A DNA stretch of 64,000 nt from Gammaproteobacteria bacterium (lineage in GTDB: Bacteria; Pseudomonadota; Gammaproteobacteria; CAJXQU01), in NCBI GenBank assembly GCA_965238175.1, contig CBDEGZ010000003.1, forward strand, positions 2,656,001 through 2,720,000, in the 5' to 3' direction. The stretch's first letter is position 1; each line of letters opens with the position of its first letter. Made by a program: the position numbers and the translations under genes. Under the pieces are notes generated by a model. The model saw only the letters and a program-made list of their open reading frames with translations, was not told where the DNA came from and searched no databases. Shown piece after piece: positions 31,997 to 42,448 of the stretch.

Positions 31997-31999
31997 AGA

Positions 32000-32566
32000 T
32001 CATTCACCTTTGATAATTTTATTTATCTCAATAGGCACGCTCTCTGAATTAATAACTTCAGATTCATACGTTGTCGATTCAGCTATATTCAGTGACTCTT
32101 TAATACCTTCAGGTAAATATCCTTTAACCCAATCAGTCGCAGATTGAAAATGAGGGATCAATAATGATCGTTTGTACAACTTGTTATTTATAAATGGTGT
32201 TATTCCAACCAAATCGATCAAAATCATGACAATGAGATAACCACGTGCAATTCCAAATAACACACCCAATAATCTATCTGTACCGGATAAACCAGCACTG
32301 TTCATCAGTCTAATGATCACATAATTAAATAAAGAAAAAGCAATTAGTACGGTAATAAAGATTAAAAAAACCGCAACAGCATTACGAAGAAACTCCGGTT
32401 CTATGGAGGTTAAATATGACGCTACTTCTCCACGAAATATCCAGGCCACGTAGAAAGCAGCAACCCACGAAATGAACGATAAAACTTCTCGAACAAACCC
32501 TCTGAAAACACCTATCACAGCGGATAGAAAAACGAGGGCAATAATTGCAATATCAACTGTATCCAT
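32000..32566 (-). CDS. cvpA: CvpA family membrane protein
   Basis: RGFVREVLS, GLSGTDRLLGVLFG; located between dedD and purF. Confidence 0.93.
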   Translation of the reverse strand: MDTVDIAIIALVFLSAVIGVFRGFVREVLSFISWVAAFYVAWIFRGEVASYLTSIEPEFLRNAVAVFLIFITVLIAFSLFNYVIIRLMNSAGLSGTDRLLGVLFGIARGYLIVMILIDLVGITPFINNKLYKRSLLIPHFQSATDWVKGYLPEGIKESLNIAESTTYESEVINSESVPIEINKIIKGE

Positions 32567-32657
32567 TTCTCAATAACTCCTTAGTCCTGCTTCATAATAT
32601 TATTCTCGTAAATAGATTGGCGATGTTATCAGAGCAATTGTGCCTTAGCTACTGAAT

Positions 32658-33287
32658 TTATTCCAACGTAACAATTAAAGTTTGTAGCTTCTCTTTTTGA
32701 TCGATTTGTTTTTTTAGTTTTTCTATTTCAAACTTTGAACCAATCGGTCCAATTCTTACCCGGTAGATGGTTTTACCGCTCGTAGGAACTCCTTCAAAAT
32801 ATGCAGACAAATTTTCGGACTTCAGACGCTTCACAAGCCTGTCTGCATTTTCTTTACTTGAAAAGCTGGCTATTTGAAGTACCCACTGAGACTTCCCTTC
32901 GCCTTTTTCAGGGGCTTTATTTTCTACCTTCCTTTCGGGATTTTTAGAATTTTGACTATGTCCCGAATTGGCAATTTCCGATTTCACTTCTGTTACTATT
33001 TGATTTGACGTTGTTATTTGAGGTTTTTGCTCTACTTCTTGCGAAATATTATGATTGCCTTCGACATCACTCCCTTCATAACGAGCGATCACTTCTGAAG
33101 GTATAGCACTTGCTGAGGGAGTTTCCTGAAAAGATTGATGACCGGTCACAGGTTTAACATCAATATCAGTAACTTCTGGTAAGTCTTCAGTCGTCACTGG
33201 TTTCTCTAAGATAAGGGGCAAGATGATAATGCCAAGTACGACAAGTACAACAGCACCAACTAGTCTTTGTTTTAGATCTTCCTTCAA
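32658..33287 (-). CDS. dedD: SPOR-domain cell division protein DedD
   Basis: LKQRLVGAVVLV N-terminal anchor; C-terminal SPOR domain (WVLQIASFS..ENA...YRVRIGP). Confidence 0.88.
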   Translation of the reverse strand: MKEDLKQRLVGAVVLVVLGIIILPLILEKPVTTEDLPEVTDIDVKPVTGHQSFQETPSASAIPSEVIARYEGSDVEGNHNISQEVEQKPQITTSNQIVTEVKSEIANSGHSQNSKNPERKVENKAPEKGEGKSQWVLQIASFSSKENADRLVKRLKSENLSAYFEGVPTSGKTIYRVRIGPIGSKFEIEKLKKQIDQKEKLQTLIVTLE

Positions 33288-34570
33288 GACTCCTGTTCCA
33301 TTATTTTCATCACAGCAGAAACCGTATGAAATGATCCTGCGACCAAAATCCGATCACCCGCTTTAGCCTCTTTTTGCAAAGCAGTATAAGCGGTTTTAAC
33401 CGAATCAAAAGGGATCACAGGCACGTTCATTCCTGCGTCTTCTAAAAGCTTTACTAATCGCGCACTTCCAGCACCTCGGGAACCTCCAAGTGCCGCAACA
33501 TACCAATCATCAACATATTGTCCAACTTCTTCAATAACACCTCCAGCATCTTTATCTTTGAGCATACCCAGCAAGAGATGATTCTTACCCTGAACTGGAT
33601 TTGATTTTAAAAAACTGGCCAACGTTTTAGCCGCATGTGGATTATGTGCAACATCGAGGACAATTTCGACATCACCAGGTATTACCTGGAAGCGTCCAGA
33701 TAATTCTGTTGCCTGTAATCCCTGATGAATATGCTGTTCAGAAACAATGTATCGATCCGGTAAGCATTGAATAACTTTCAAAACACCTGCAGCATTCATC
33801 AGTTGAAAATCACCACGAAGACTCGGCCGCGGTAACTCATCGTAACTAACCTTCTGATCATTCCAACACCACGTCTCGTCTGAAGAAGATTCGGCAGAGA
33901 AACTATAATGATAGTCTTTACCGGAAAGGTAGAGATCTACTTTTTGATCTTGTGCAAACTCCACAAGACTCTCCGGCGCGTTCAGATCAGAACATACTGC
34001 CGGATTACCAGAGCGCATAATCCCTGCCTTTTCTAACGCAATATCATTTCGATTATCGCCCAACCAATCCACATGATCGATCGCAATAGATGTGACCAGT
34101 GCAACGTCTGCATCCATCATATTGACAGCGTCTAATCGCCCACCTAATCCAACTTCAAGGACTGCAAAATCAACCTCTTCTCGTTCAAAAAGATAGAAAG
34201 CAGCCAAGGTTCCAAATTCAAAATAGGTTAACGAAATCTCGCCTCGAGCCTGATCAATACACTCAAATGCCTCACACAGAAGCTTATCTGAAACCATTTC
34301 ACCATCAATACAAATTCGTTCGTTGTAATGGATCAAGTGTGGGGAAGTATAGACACCCGTTTTATAACCAGCTTGCCGCATAATGGTACTTAGCATAGCG
34401 ACACTGGAACCTTTTCCATTAGTGCCCGAAACACTGACAAAACCGTATTTTGGCTGTTTGAGATCCATGCTATCTGCAACCGATTTGCAACGCTCCAAAC
34501 CTAATTCAATTTCGTTTAGGTGTAGGGTTTCCTGCCACGAAAGCCAACCTGTCAGATTATCGAAGCGCAT
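33284..34570 (-). CDS. folC: Bifunctional folylpolyglutamate/dihydrofolate synthase
   Basis: GTNGKGS, YTSPHL, LEVGLGGRLDA, LDVAHNP. Confidence 0.97.
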   Translation of the reverse strand: MRFDNLTGWLSWQETLHLNEIELGLERCKSVADSMDLKQPKYGFVSVSGTNGKGSSVAMLSTIMRQAGYKTGVYTSPHLIHYNERICIDGEMVSDKLLCEAFECIDQARGEISLTYFEFGTLAAFYLFEREEVDFAVLEVGLGGRLDAVNMMDADVALVTSIAIDHVDWLGDNRNDIALEKAGIMRSGNPAVCSDLNAPESLVEFAQDQKVDLYLSGKDYHYSFSAESSSDETWCWNDQKVSYDELPRPSLRGDFQLMNAAGVLKVIQCLPDRYIVSEQHIHQGLQATELSGRFQVIPGDVEIVLDVAHNPHAAKTLASFLKSNPVQGKNHLLLGMLKDKDAGGVIEEVGQYVDDWYVAALGGSRGAGSARLVKLLEDAGMNVPVIPFDSVKTAYTALQKEAKAGDRILVAGSFHTVSAVMKIMEQES

Positions 34571-34594
34571 TTTGAGAGTCCCGAGCTTACCCTG

Positions 34595-35455
34595 TCAGGC
34601 GGCAGTTTGATGAGTCATCATGGCTAATAGACTTGAAATTTGATCACGCATTTCCCTGCGATCAACAATCATATCAAGCGCGCCGTGCTCAAACAGAAAT
34701 TCACTGCGCTGGAAACCATCCGGTAAAGTTTGTCCTACCGTTTGTTCTATTACGCGAGGACCTGCAAAACCTATCAGTGCTTTTGGCTCGCCAATATTAA
34801 TGTCGCCCAACATGGCTAAGCTGGCGGACACTCCACCCATCGTTGGATCTGTCATCACGGAGATATAAGGTAAGCCTTTTTCGCTTAACTTAGCGAGTAC
34901 TGCACTGGTTTTTGCCATTTGCATAAGTGAGACCAATGCTTCTTGCATTCTTGCTCCACCACTGGTGGAAAAACACACCAAAGGTATATTTTCTTCCAAA
35001 CTGGTGTTTGCCGCCTGGAAAAAACGTTCACCCACAACGGATCCCATAGTTCCCCCAATGAAACCAAAATCAAAAGCGCACGCAACTATCGGTATCGCTT
35101 TTAACTCCCCTTTCATTACAACGAGTGCATCGGTTTCATCTGTCGTTTTTTGTGCATGTATTAAACGATCTTTGTATCGCTTTAAATCTTTAAATTTAAG
35201 AAAATCCTCTGGGGTTATATTTGCACCAATTTCGGTAGTCGTATCTTTATCAAGAAAATGTTCGAGACGCTTACGCGCACCAATACGCATATGGTGACCA
35301 CATTTAAGACAAACATCCTGATTTCTTTCCAGTTCCGAACGATACAAAACTTCCTTACAGGATATGCAGCTCGTCCAAAGACCTTCAGGAATAGATTTTT
35401 TTGAGGTACTGTCTGTGCGAATACTCGCCGGCAATAATTTTGTAAACCAATTCAT
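34595..35455 (-). CDS. accD: Acetyl-CoA carboxylase carboxyltransferase beta subunit
   Basis: C4 zinc finger, [30 protein letters not shown]. Confidence 0.98.
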   Translation of the reverse strand: MNWFTKLLPASIRTDSTSKKSIPEGLWTSCISCKEVLYRSELERNQDVCLKCGHHMRIGARKRLEHFLDKDTTTEIGANITPEDFLKFKDLKRYKDRLIHAQKTTDETDALVVMKGELKAIPIVACAFDFGFIGGTMGSVVGERFFQAANTSLEENIPLVCFSTSGGARMQEALVSLMQMAKTSAVLAKLSEKGLPYISVMTDPTMGGVSASLAMLGDINIGEPKALIGFAGPRVIEQTVGQTLPDGFQRSEFLFEHGALDMIVDRREMRDQISSLLAMMTHQTAA

Positions 35456-35482
35456 TTTTATTCTTCCTCACAAGTGATCAGA

Positions 35483-36286
35483 TTATTGATCAATAGCATT
35501 GCGTAATTCTGCCATGAAACTGCTTATCTCATCAGATATTTTTTCAGGTTGTTCTTGCAACGCTTCCATCTTTGAGACTAAAGCACTCCCGACAACAACC
35601 GCATCACTAACCTTTGAAACCCTCGCAGCCGTCTCACCATCTTTAATACCAAATCCAACACCCACAGGTAATTTCGTATATTGACGGATCAGATCCATTT
35701 TTTCTCGAATACCACCCGTATCAAGTTGACTACTACCCGTCACACCTTTCAAAGCCACATAATAAACAAAACCTGTTGCTGAATGACAAATCTTCTCAAT
35801 TCTTTCTGGCGTTGTCGTAGGCGAGATCAAAAAGACCGGATCAACACCGGCTTCTTGTAACATAACATTAAACTCTTGCGACTCTTCAGGCGGTAAATCG
35901 ACAGTAAGTATTCCATCAACACCTGCTGCTTCTGACATTTTCGCGACTTTTTCATAACCCATAATTTCAATCGGATTACAGTAACCCATCAAGACGACAG
36001 GAGTTGTTTGATTTTTGATCCGAAACTCTTTAACCATGTTAAAAACATCAACTAATGAAACCTTATGTTTCAACGCACGTTCACTTGAATGTTGGATGAC
36101 TGGACCATCCGCCATCGGATCAGAAAAAGGTACACCCAATTCTAATATATCAGCACCACCTTCAACCAATGCGTGCATAAAAGAAACCGTGTAATCTGGA
36201 TGTGGATCACCTGCCGTAATAAAGGGGATCAAAGCAGTTCGATTATTAGCCTTGAGATCTTTAAATATCTGGTTTATTTGACTCAT
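35483..36286 (-). CDS. trpA: Tryptophan synthase alpha chain
   Basis: LELGVPFSDPMADGPVIQ, GVTG, VGFGI. Confidence 0.98.
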   Translation of the reverse strand: MSQINQIFKDLKANNRTALIPFITAGDPHPDYTVSFMHALVEGGADILELGVPFSDPMADGPVIQHSSERALKHKVSLVDVFNMVKEFRIKNQTTPVVLMGYCNPIEIMGYEKVAKMSEAAGVDGILTVDLPPEESQEFNVMLQEAGVDPVFLISPTTTPERIEKICHSATGFVYYVALKGVTGSSQLDTGGIREKMDLIRQYTKLPVGVGFGIKDGETAARVSKVSDAVVVGSALVSKMEALQEQPEKISDEISSFMAELRNAIDQ

Positions 36287-36344
36287 AATTATTATTGATT
36301 TACGAAGGTTTTAATAAGCAATACTAGGGGTTTACTAAGCAACA

Positions 36345-37592
36345 CTAAGCCGTTATATCTTTGTCTATTCCCTGTCGAGCAGCAACGGTATGCATATCTT
36401 TGTCACCACGTCCGGATAGATTAACGATAATGTTTTGATCTTCAGTCATTTCTTTTGCAAGTTTCACCGCGTAAGCCAACGCATGGCTGCTTTCCAATGC
36501 AGGAATGATCCCTTCTATTCGAGTCAGATCATAAAAAGCAGCTAGTGCTTCATCATCGGTGATAGGCACATATTGAGCACGGCCAATATCCTTAAGCCAG
36601 GCATGCTCAGGGCCCACTCCAGGATAATCCAGACCCGCCGAAATAGAGTGCGTCTCAATAATCTGACCATCATCATCTTCGATCAAATAAGTTCGATTAC
36701 CATGCAGCACACCCGGTTTTCCTGCATAAAGTGAGGCAGAATGGCGACCGGTTTCGATACCATCTCCTGCCGCTTCAACCCCGTACATAGCAACTGACTC
36801 ATCATAAATAAATGGGTGAAAAAGACCAATAGCATTTGAACCACCACCAACACATGCAACTAGCGCATCCGGCAATCGGCCCGTTGCTTCAATACATTGT
36901 TCCTTTGCTTCACGACCGATAATGGCTTGAAAATCTCTGACCATCGCAGGGTAAGGGTGCGGCCCAGCCACCGTGCCGATGATATAAAATGTATCATCGA
37001 CATTAGTAACCCAATCACGCATGGCCTCATTAAGCGCATCTTTGAGCGTTTTTGATCCTGACTCGACTGGCACAACGGTCGCACCAAGTAACCTCATCCG
37101 ATAGACATTGGTTGCTTGCCGTTCGATATCTTGGGCACCCATATAAACAATGCACTCAATTCCAAGTCGGGCTGCAATAGTTGCAGTTGCAACGCCGTGT
37201 TGACCGGCACCCGTTTCAGCAATAATGCGCGTCTTTCCCATTCGTTTTGCCAGCAATGCCTGACCAATCGTATTATTGATCTTGTGCGCACCCGTGTGAT
37301 TTAAATCTTCACGCTTTAGATAAATCTTTGCGCCACCGAGTTCTCTGCTCCAGCGTTTAGCTAAATAGAGTGGCGAAGGTCTACCCACATAATGTTTAAG
37401 ATCATCGTCAAACTCTTTTAGAAATTCCGGATCTTTTATATATTTTTCATACGCTTCTTGAAGCTCTGTAACCGGCTCCATAAGCGTCTCAGAAATAAAC
37501 TTTCCACCATACTCACCAAAGTGACCTCGTTCATCGGGTAACGTTTGGGTCTTATACCCAAGTTCCTTGAGAATGCCTGTTTCAGCGGTCAT
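36345..37592 (-). CDS. trpB: Tryptophan synthase beta chain (probable start ATG 37592, inside the MITE)
   Basis: [54 protein letters not shown]. The ATG at 37592 has AGGA upstream. Confidence 0.95.
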   Translation of the reverse strand: MTAETGILKELGYKTQTLPDERGHFGEYGGKFISETLMEPVTELQEAYEKYIKDPEFLKEFDDDLKHYVGRPSPLYLAKRWSRELGGAKIYLKREDLNHTGAHKINNTIGQALLAKRMGKTRIIAETGAGQHGVATATIAARLGIECIVYMGAQDIERQATNVYRMRLLGATVVPVESGSKTLKDALNEAMRDWVTNVDDTFYIIGTVAGPHPYPAMVRDFQAIIGREAKEQCIEATGRLPDALVACVGGGSNAIGLFHPFIYDESVAMYGVEAAGDGIETGRHSASLYAGKPGVLHGNRTYLIEDDDGQIIETHSISAGLDYPGVGPEHAWLKDIGRAQYVPITDDEALAAFYDLTRIEGIIPALESSHALAYAVKLAKEMTEDQNIIVNLSGRGDKDMHTVAARQGIDKDITA

Positions 37593-37721
37593 GATGCGCT
37601 TCCTGGCAAGGCCTGTTTTGCAGATAATGGTGGTTCCATTATCAAAAAATAGAACGCCGCGAGGGAGGGCATCATGACCTCCCAAAGGGCGAGACAGGCA
37701 TTCTCAAGAAACTTGGGTATC
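37553..37721. mobile_element. ERIC-like palindromic MITE inserted at the trpF/trpB junction
   Basis: 30-bp terminal inverted repeats with 2 mismatches (atacccaagttccttgagaatgcctgtttc / gagacaggcattctcaagaaacttgggtat), inner palindromes (ggtcatgatgc/gcatcatgacc, gataatgg/ccattatc), and TATACCC...GGGTAT ends. Confidence 0.85.
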
Positions 37722-38363
37722 TCTAAAGCCATTGCTTACTCCATTCATAAAAGCATTCATTTTTTTATTATCTTTAATTCCCTTAATCTGTTCGATACCA
37801 CCACTGACATCTACTGCAAAGGGGCGAACGTTTTTGATCGCTTCTGCGACATTATCAGGACTCAGTCCACCTGCCAAGATAATTGGCATAGAAAGATCCT
37901 TTGGAATGATATCCCAATCAAACGCCTTACCTGTTCCACCGTACTTTGCTTTATCGTAGGCATCGAGTAATAGTGCTTGAGCATTGTTAAACTGTTGGGA
38001 GATTTTTTTAAGATCAATTCCTTCTTGCATACGTACCGCCTTAATAAAAGGTCGATCATAGTGCTCACAATCTTCCGGCGATTCATCTCCATGAAACTGT
38101 AAAACATCCAGACCAACTTCTTTTGAGATCTGCTCAACTTCTACTCTTTCCGCATTCACAAACAAACCTACCCTAGTGACAAAGGGTGGCAAACTGTCAA
38201 CGATTGCTTTCGCTTGTTCAATTGATACAACTCTCGGACTTTCTGCATAAAAGACCAGGCCAATGGCATCGACGCCAATCGACGCAGCATGTAAAGCATC
38301 TTCAACACGCGTAACTCCGCAAAACTTAACTCGTGTTTTTAAAGGTGAAAATGTTAGATCCAT
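37704..38363 (-). CDS. trpF: Phosphoribosylanthranilate isomerase
   Basis: [37 protein letters not shown]. Confidence 0.97.
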   Translation of the reverse strand: MDLTFSPLKTRVKFCGVTRVEDALHAASIGVDAIGLVFYAESPRVVSIEQAKAIVDSLPPFVTRVGLFVNAERVEVEQISKEVGLDVLQFHGDESPEDCEHYDRPFIKAVRMQEGIDLKKISQQFNNAQALLLDAYDKAKYGGTGKAFDWDIIPKDLSMPIILAGGLSPDNVAEAIKNVRPFAVDVSGGIEQIKGIKDNKKMNAFMNGVSNGFRDTQVS

Positions 38364-38493
38364 GCATTAAGATACACACTATTAGATAAGGTGCAATTGT
38401 ACAGTAAAAACTGAGATTTTTACGGCATTAATGAATACGTTTTAATCAAACAAAACTATAAAGATTAAGACTATTTAGAGATTAATCTAGTTC

Positions 38494-39759
38494 CTATCGA
38501 ACAGCTAATCGCGTTCCCGGTGGGGCATACTCAGAAAAGTATTTGGTCACACCATTATGAATAGCATTAACCAGTTTATTTTGTTCCTTTGAACTCAACA
38601 ACTTACGCTCTTCTTTCGGGTTGCTGATAAAGGCTGTTTCGATCAATATTGACGGGACATCTGGCGCCTTCAACACGACAAAACCGGCGTGCTGTACTTT
38701 TGATTTGTGTACCTTCCCAACCTTTTTCAAACCTTGTAAGACTTTATCGGCGACATTAACGCTGGCATCCATTACTGCATTCTGTGAGAGATCAAGCAAT
38801 ACTCCGTTTAATAAGGGATCACCCTTATCAAAATGAACACCGCCAACAAAATCAACAGCATTTTCCTGCTCTGCTAATAGTTTTGCTGCTTCACTACTGG
38901 CACCTTTTTCGGACAGAACATAAACTGATGAACCTTGAACAGAGTGGTTTTTAATTGCATCAGCATGAATTGAGATAAAAAGATCTGCATTCTTACTCCG
39001 TGCAATATCAACGCGTTTGCGCAATGACAAGAATTGATCTTTATTTCGAGTTAAAACCGCCTTCATACCTGGTGTAGCATCAATTTTCTTCGCCAGTTTT
39101 TTTGCAATGGACAGAACAACATCTTTTTCTTTAGTACCCCGTTTGCCGGTAGCGCCAGGATCTTTTCCACCATGGCCAGCATCCACCGCAACAATGAGAT
39201 CGCGAAGAACAACTTTCTTTTTAACAGCTGGTTTTGCAGCTTGTTGTTTAGTAGTTTGAGCTGATTTAACTTTTACTACTTTGTTCTGTCCCCTTTGCAT
39301 TGGTACGACAGAAGACTTTTTCTGCATGTCTTTCGAGACAATTAGAGAAGCTTGCTTGGTGTTTTTTAGATCTAACAGATCAACAACCAGTCGGTGCCCA
39401 CGCTTGCCTTCTGGCCCAAGCTGAAAACTATTAATTTTAACTTTGCGACGTAAATCAAGAACAACACGAAAGGCATGGTTTTCTTTTCCTGCAGAGCGGA
39501 CTTTCCTTAGCAGTTTATTTTTACTGACAGGTGCTATGAGTTTCTTGCGGGTATCACTGTTTCTAAAATCGATAACGACTCTTAAAGGATCCTCTAAGGT
39601 GAAAATCTTGTAATTAATCGCGTCATTCAGATCAAAAACTACACGTGTCTTCTCTGGTGCGGGCCAAACCCGCATCTCTTCTATGTTCGCAGCATAGCTT
39701 GCCTCCCCTACACATAGGAGGGTTAGAAAAAACAAAAATTGAACGGATTTCTTGAGCAC
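38494..39759 (-). CDS. amiB: N-acetylmuramoyl-L-alanine amidase (AMIN + Amidase_3; AmiB/AmiC type)
   Basis: MRVWPAPEKTRVVFD, VDAGHGGKDPGA, FISIHAD, PSILIETAFISN; downstream of tsaE. Confidence 0.88.
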   Translation of the reverse strand: MLKKSVQFLFFLTLLCVGEASYAANIEEMRVWPAPEKTRVVFDLNDAINYKIFTLEDPLRVVIDFRNSDTRKKLIAPVSKNKLLRKVRSAGKENHAFRVVLDLRRKVKINSFQLGPEGKRGHRLVVDLLDLKNTKQASLIVSKDMQKKSSVVPMQRGQNKVVKVKSAQTTKQQAAKPAVKKKVVLRDLIVAVDAGHGGKDPGATGKRGTKEKDVVLSIAKKLAKKIDATPGMKAVLTRNKDQFLSLRKRVDIARSKNADLFISIHADAIKNHSVQGSSVYVLSEKGASSEAAKLLAEQENAVDFVGGVHFDKGDPLLNGVLLDLSQNAVMDASVNVADKVLQGLKKVGKVHKSKVQHAGFVVLKAPDVPSILIETAFISNPKEERKLLSSKEQNKLVNAIHNGVTKYFSEYAPPGTRLAVR

Positions 39760-39883
39760 TACAAATATATCCTTTATCCTAAATTAGGGTGAATTACCTT
39801 AATTTTGCAGTAGTTAAGCTATAAAATACAAGTAATATTTTATAATAATACACTACCTTATTGATTTAAATATATTATATTAT

Positions 39884-40354
39884 CTAAATTTCTCTATAAA
39901 TATCGATGGTTTTGAGACCTGTTTCACTTATAGGCTCAAATTCTATCTGTCTTTTTTCATCTTCATACCTGAAATTAATAAGAATATCCGCTGCCGGTAA
40001 AAGGCCTTTTCCGTTCTGAGGCCATTCAAGTAGGCAGATCGAAGTTCCATCAAAATAATCTCTAATACCCATAGCCTCTAGTTCTTCTGGATCAGTAAGA
40101 CGATATAGATCAAAATGATGGATAGTGAATTGCTTGTTTTGAAATATGGTTTGATAGGAATGAACAATGTTGTATGTCGGGCTCTTAACAGTACCAGTAT
40201 GACCAAGCCCGAATAAAAAACCTCTAGCGAATGTGGTTTTTCCAGCACCAAGTTCACCCTGAAGATGGATGCTCATTCCTTGTTGGATAATAGAAGCCAA
40301 ACCTGCGGCCTTCGATTCGGTCTGTTCAGCCGATTCGGTAAGATAGCTAAGCAT
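39884..40354 (-). CDS. tsaE: tRNA threonylcarbamoyladenosine biosynthesis ATPase
   Basis: GELGAGKTT, VKSPTY, HFDLYRL, EWP. Confidence 0.96.
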   Translation of the reverse strand: MLSYLTESAEQTESKAAGLASIIQQGMSIHLQGELGAGKTTFARGFLFGLGHTGTVKSPTYNIVHSYQTIFQNKQFTIHHFDLYRLTDPEELEAMGIRDYFDGTSICLLEWPQNGKGLLPAADILINFRYEDEKRQIEFEPISETGLKTIDIYREI

Positions 40355-40375
40355 AACTCTACGCTTCCCAGGAGA

Positions 40376-41857
40376 TTAAAAGTTCACCGAGGCTCGAATT
40401 TCAGGCATTAAATCCAGAGCCAGCATTCCTCGCTGCCCACTTTTTGCCGCCATGTCCGCAGCATTTGCATGCACACTTACCCCCGTTTGCGATGCAGAAA
40501 ATAGATCCAACCCCTGAGCAACAAGACCAGCGATAACGCCTGTCAAAACATCTCCTATGCCACCACTCGCCATGCCAGGATTACCCTGTGAACAAAGCGA
40601 AATACCCATTTTTTCAGAAGTGATTAGAGTTCCTGAGCCTTTCAATACGATTACACCGCCATACTTTTGCTGTATCGCAGTGACTGCGGCAAAACGATCT
40701 TGTTGTATTTCAGCGACCGAACAACCCAACATTCTTGCGGCTTCACCCGGATGCGGCGTTAAAACCCAGTTTTCCCGTTGTACTGGATCTTGAGCAATTA
40801 AATTCAACGCATCTGCATCAACAATCAAAGGCAAGGAAGTTTCCAGGACACTGCCCAACATTTCTTGCCCCCACTTATCCAAACCAAGTCCAGGGCCAAT
40901 GGCAACAACCGAAGCGCGATGAATCAAATTCAACAAAGTATCACTGCGCTCAACACTGTGAGCCATAAGTTCCGGCCGACTCATCGCGATGTGTGTCGCA
41001 TGTCGTTCTCGGGTAGCCAGGCTAACTAACCCAGAACCTGATCGCGCTGCAGCCTCAGCAGCCATTCGCGCGGCACCAGCAAAACCATGATCGCCGCCTA
41101 CGATTAGAGTATGGCCATATTGACCTTTATGGCCAGTTGCTTTTCGTGTATCTAAAGTAGGTTTTTGCGTTAACAAGTCTATTCTTAAACAAGAAACAGG
41201 AACAGATTCATAAACTTCATCAGGTACTTCTAAATCATCAAAGTAAACATCGCCACTGTGGGTGGCACCCTCTCCCGTTAGCAAGCCCTGCTTAGCACCA
41301 ATAAAACTGATCGTTGCCTGAGCTTCTATCGCGGCCCCCATAATACTTCCAGTATCCGCGTTTAAACCCGTTGGAATATCTACTGCTAAAATGGGAGCAG
41401 AAGATTTATTGATAGCGTTAACGATATCAATATATTCTTCGTTAATATTTCGGTCCAACCCTGTCCCTAAAATTGCATCAATAATCACATCAGCTTGTTT
41501 TAGTTTCTCTACCGAAAAAGCTTCATGTTTGATCTCCGCTTGAGCAGATTTTTCTGCACAGGTTTTAGCATCACCCTGCAGATTTTCATGATCACCTACC
41601 TGTAAAAGGACAACATTTTTATCACTTTGTTGGGCAAGCCTAGAGATGACATAGCCATCTCCACCATTATTTCCATTACCACAAACAATCACGATTCGCC
41701 AAGCATCTGGCCATAGTTTATTTAGTAAATCAAACGCTGCTTGCCCAGCAGCTTCCATCAGTGAAAGCCCTTCCAAACCTTGCGCCTCAATCGCCTGCTT
41801 ATCCAGCTCGCGAACTTGAGTCGATGTATATAAATTTCGAGGTAAAAGACTATTCAT
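40376..41857 (-). CDS. nnr: Bifunctional NAD(P)H-hydrate epimerase/dehydratase
   Basis: CGNGNNGGDG, DAILGTG, DIPTG, HKGQYG, TPHPGEA, GGIGDVLTG. Confidence 0.95.
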   Translation of the reverse strand: MNSLLPRNLYTSTQVRELDKQAIEAQGLEGLSLMEAAGQAAFDLLNKLWPDAWRIVIVCGNGNNGGDGYVISRLAQQSDKNVVLLQVGDHENLQGDAKTCAEKSAQAEIKHEAFSVEKLKQADVIIDAILGTGLDRNINEEYIDIVNAINKSSAPILAVDIPTGLNADTGSIMGAAIEAQATISFIGAKQGLLTGEGATHSGDVYFDDLEVPDEVYESVPVSCLRIDLLTQKPTLDTRKATGHKGQYGHTLIVGGDHGFAGAARMAAEAAARSGSGLVSLATRERHATHIAMSRPELMAHSVERSDTLLNLIHRASVVAIGPGLGLDKWGQEMLGSVLETSLPLIVDADALNLIAQDPVQRENWVLTPHPGEAARMLGCSVAEIQQDRFAAVTAIQQKYGGVIVLKGSGTLITSEKMGISLCSQGNPGMASGGIGDVLTGVIAGLVAQGLDLFSASQTGVSVHANAADMAAKSGQRGMLALDLMPEIRASVNF

Positions 41858-41873
41858 AATGGCTTTTTCAATA

Positions 41874-42428
41874 TCAAATCTTCAGTACATTTTTACGGAA
41901 ATATTTAAGCTCTTCGATAGAGTCTTTAATGTCGTCCATTGCAAGGTGTTTACCGCTTTTGTTATATTTAGGCAGTTCTGGTGCCCAGCGTTCTGCAAGC
42001 TCTTTGATCGTACTTACATCTATATGTCGATAGTGAAAATAATGTTCTAACTTGGACATTAATCGATGCATAAAGCGACGATCCTGACAAATGGTGTTTC
42101 CACACATTGGAGATAGTCCGGCAGGTACATATTCTTTGAGAAAATCCAGGGTTTCTTGTTCTGCTACTTCAACCGTATATTTTGATTGTCTTACACGTTC
42201 AGTTAATCCAGAATTACCGTGCTGATTGGTATTCCAGTCATCCATTGCTTCAAGAATATCATCAGGTTGATGAATTGCGATCGTTGGTCCTTCAGCCAGA
42301 ATATTCAATTGCTGATCAGTGATAATCGTTGCAATTTCGATGATATAATCTTCATCGGTATCGAGCCCTGTCATTTCAAGATCGATCCAGATAAGATTTT
42401 TTTCAGAAACTTTTTCGGAACCACTCAT
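41874..42428 (-). CDS. orn: Oligoribonuclease
   Basis: [30 protein letters not shown]. Confidence 0.97.
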   Translation of the reverse strand: MSGSEKVSEKNLIWIDLEMTGLDTDEDYIIEIATIITDQQLNILAEGPTIAIHQPDDILEAMDDWNTNQHGNSGLTERVRQSKYTVEVAEQETLDFLKEYVPAGLSPMCGNTICQDRRFMHRLMSKLEHYFHYRHIDVSTIKELAERWAPELPKYNKSGKHLAMDDIKDSIEELKYFRKNVLKI

Positions 42429-42448
42429 GGAGTTATCCTTATATTATT

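Noticed and set aside
37593-37685. Longer 446-aa TrpB starting at TTG 37685
   Set aside because: The extension is MITE sequence with no TrpB similarity. ATG 37592 has an SD-like AGGA and an ATGA overlap.
37589-37732. 47-aa ORF with one Trp codon as a trp attenuator leader
   Set aside because: It has only one Trp codon, is element-derived and lies inside the operon; probably coincidental.
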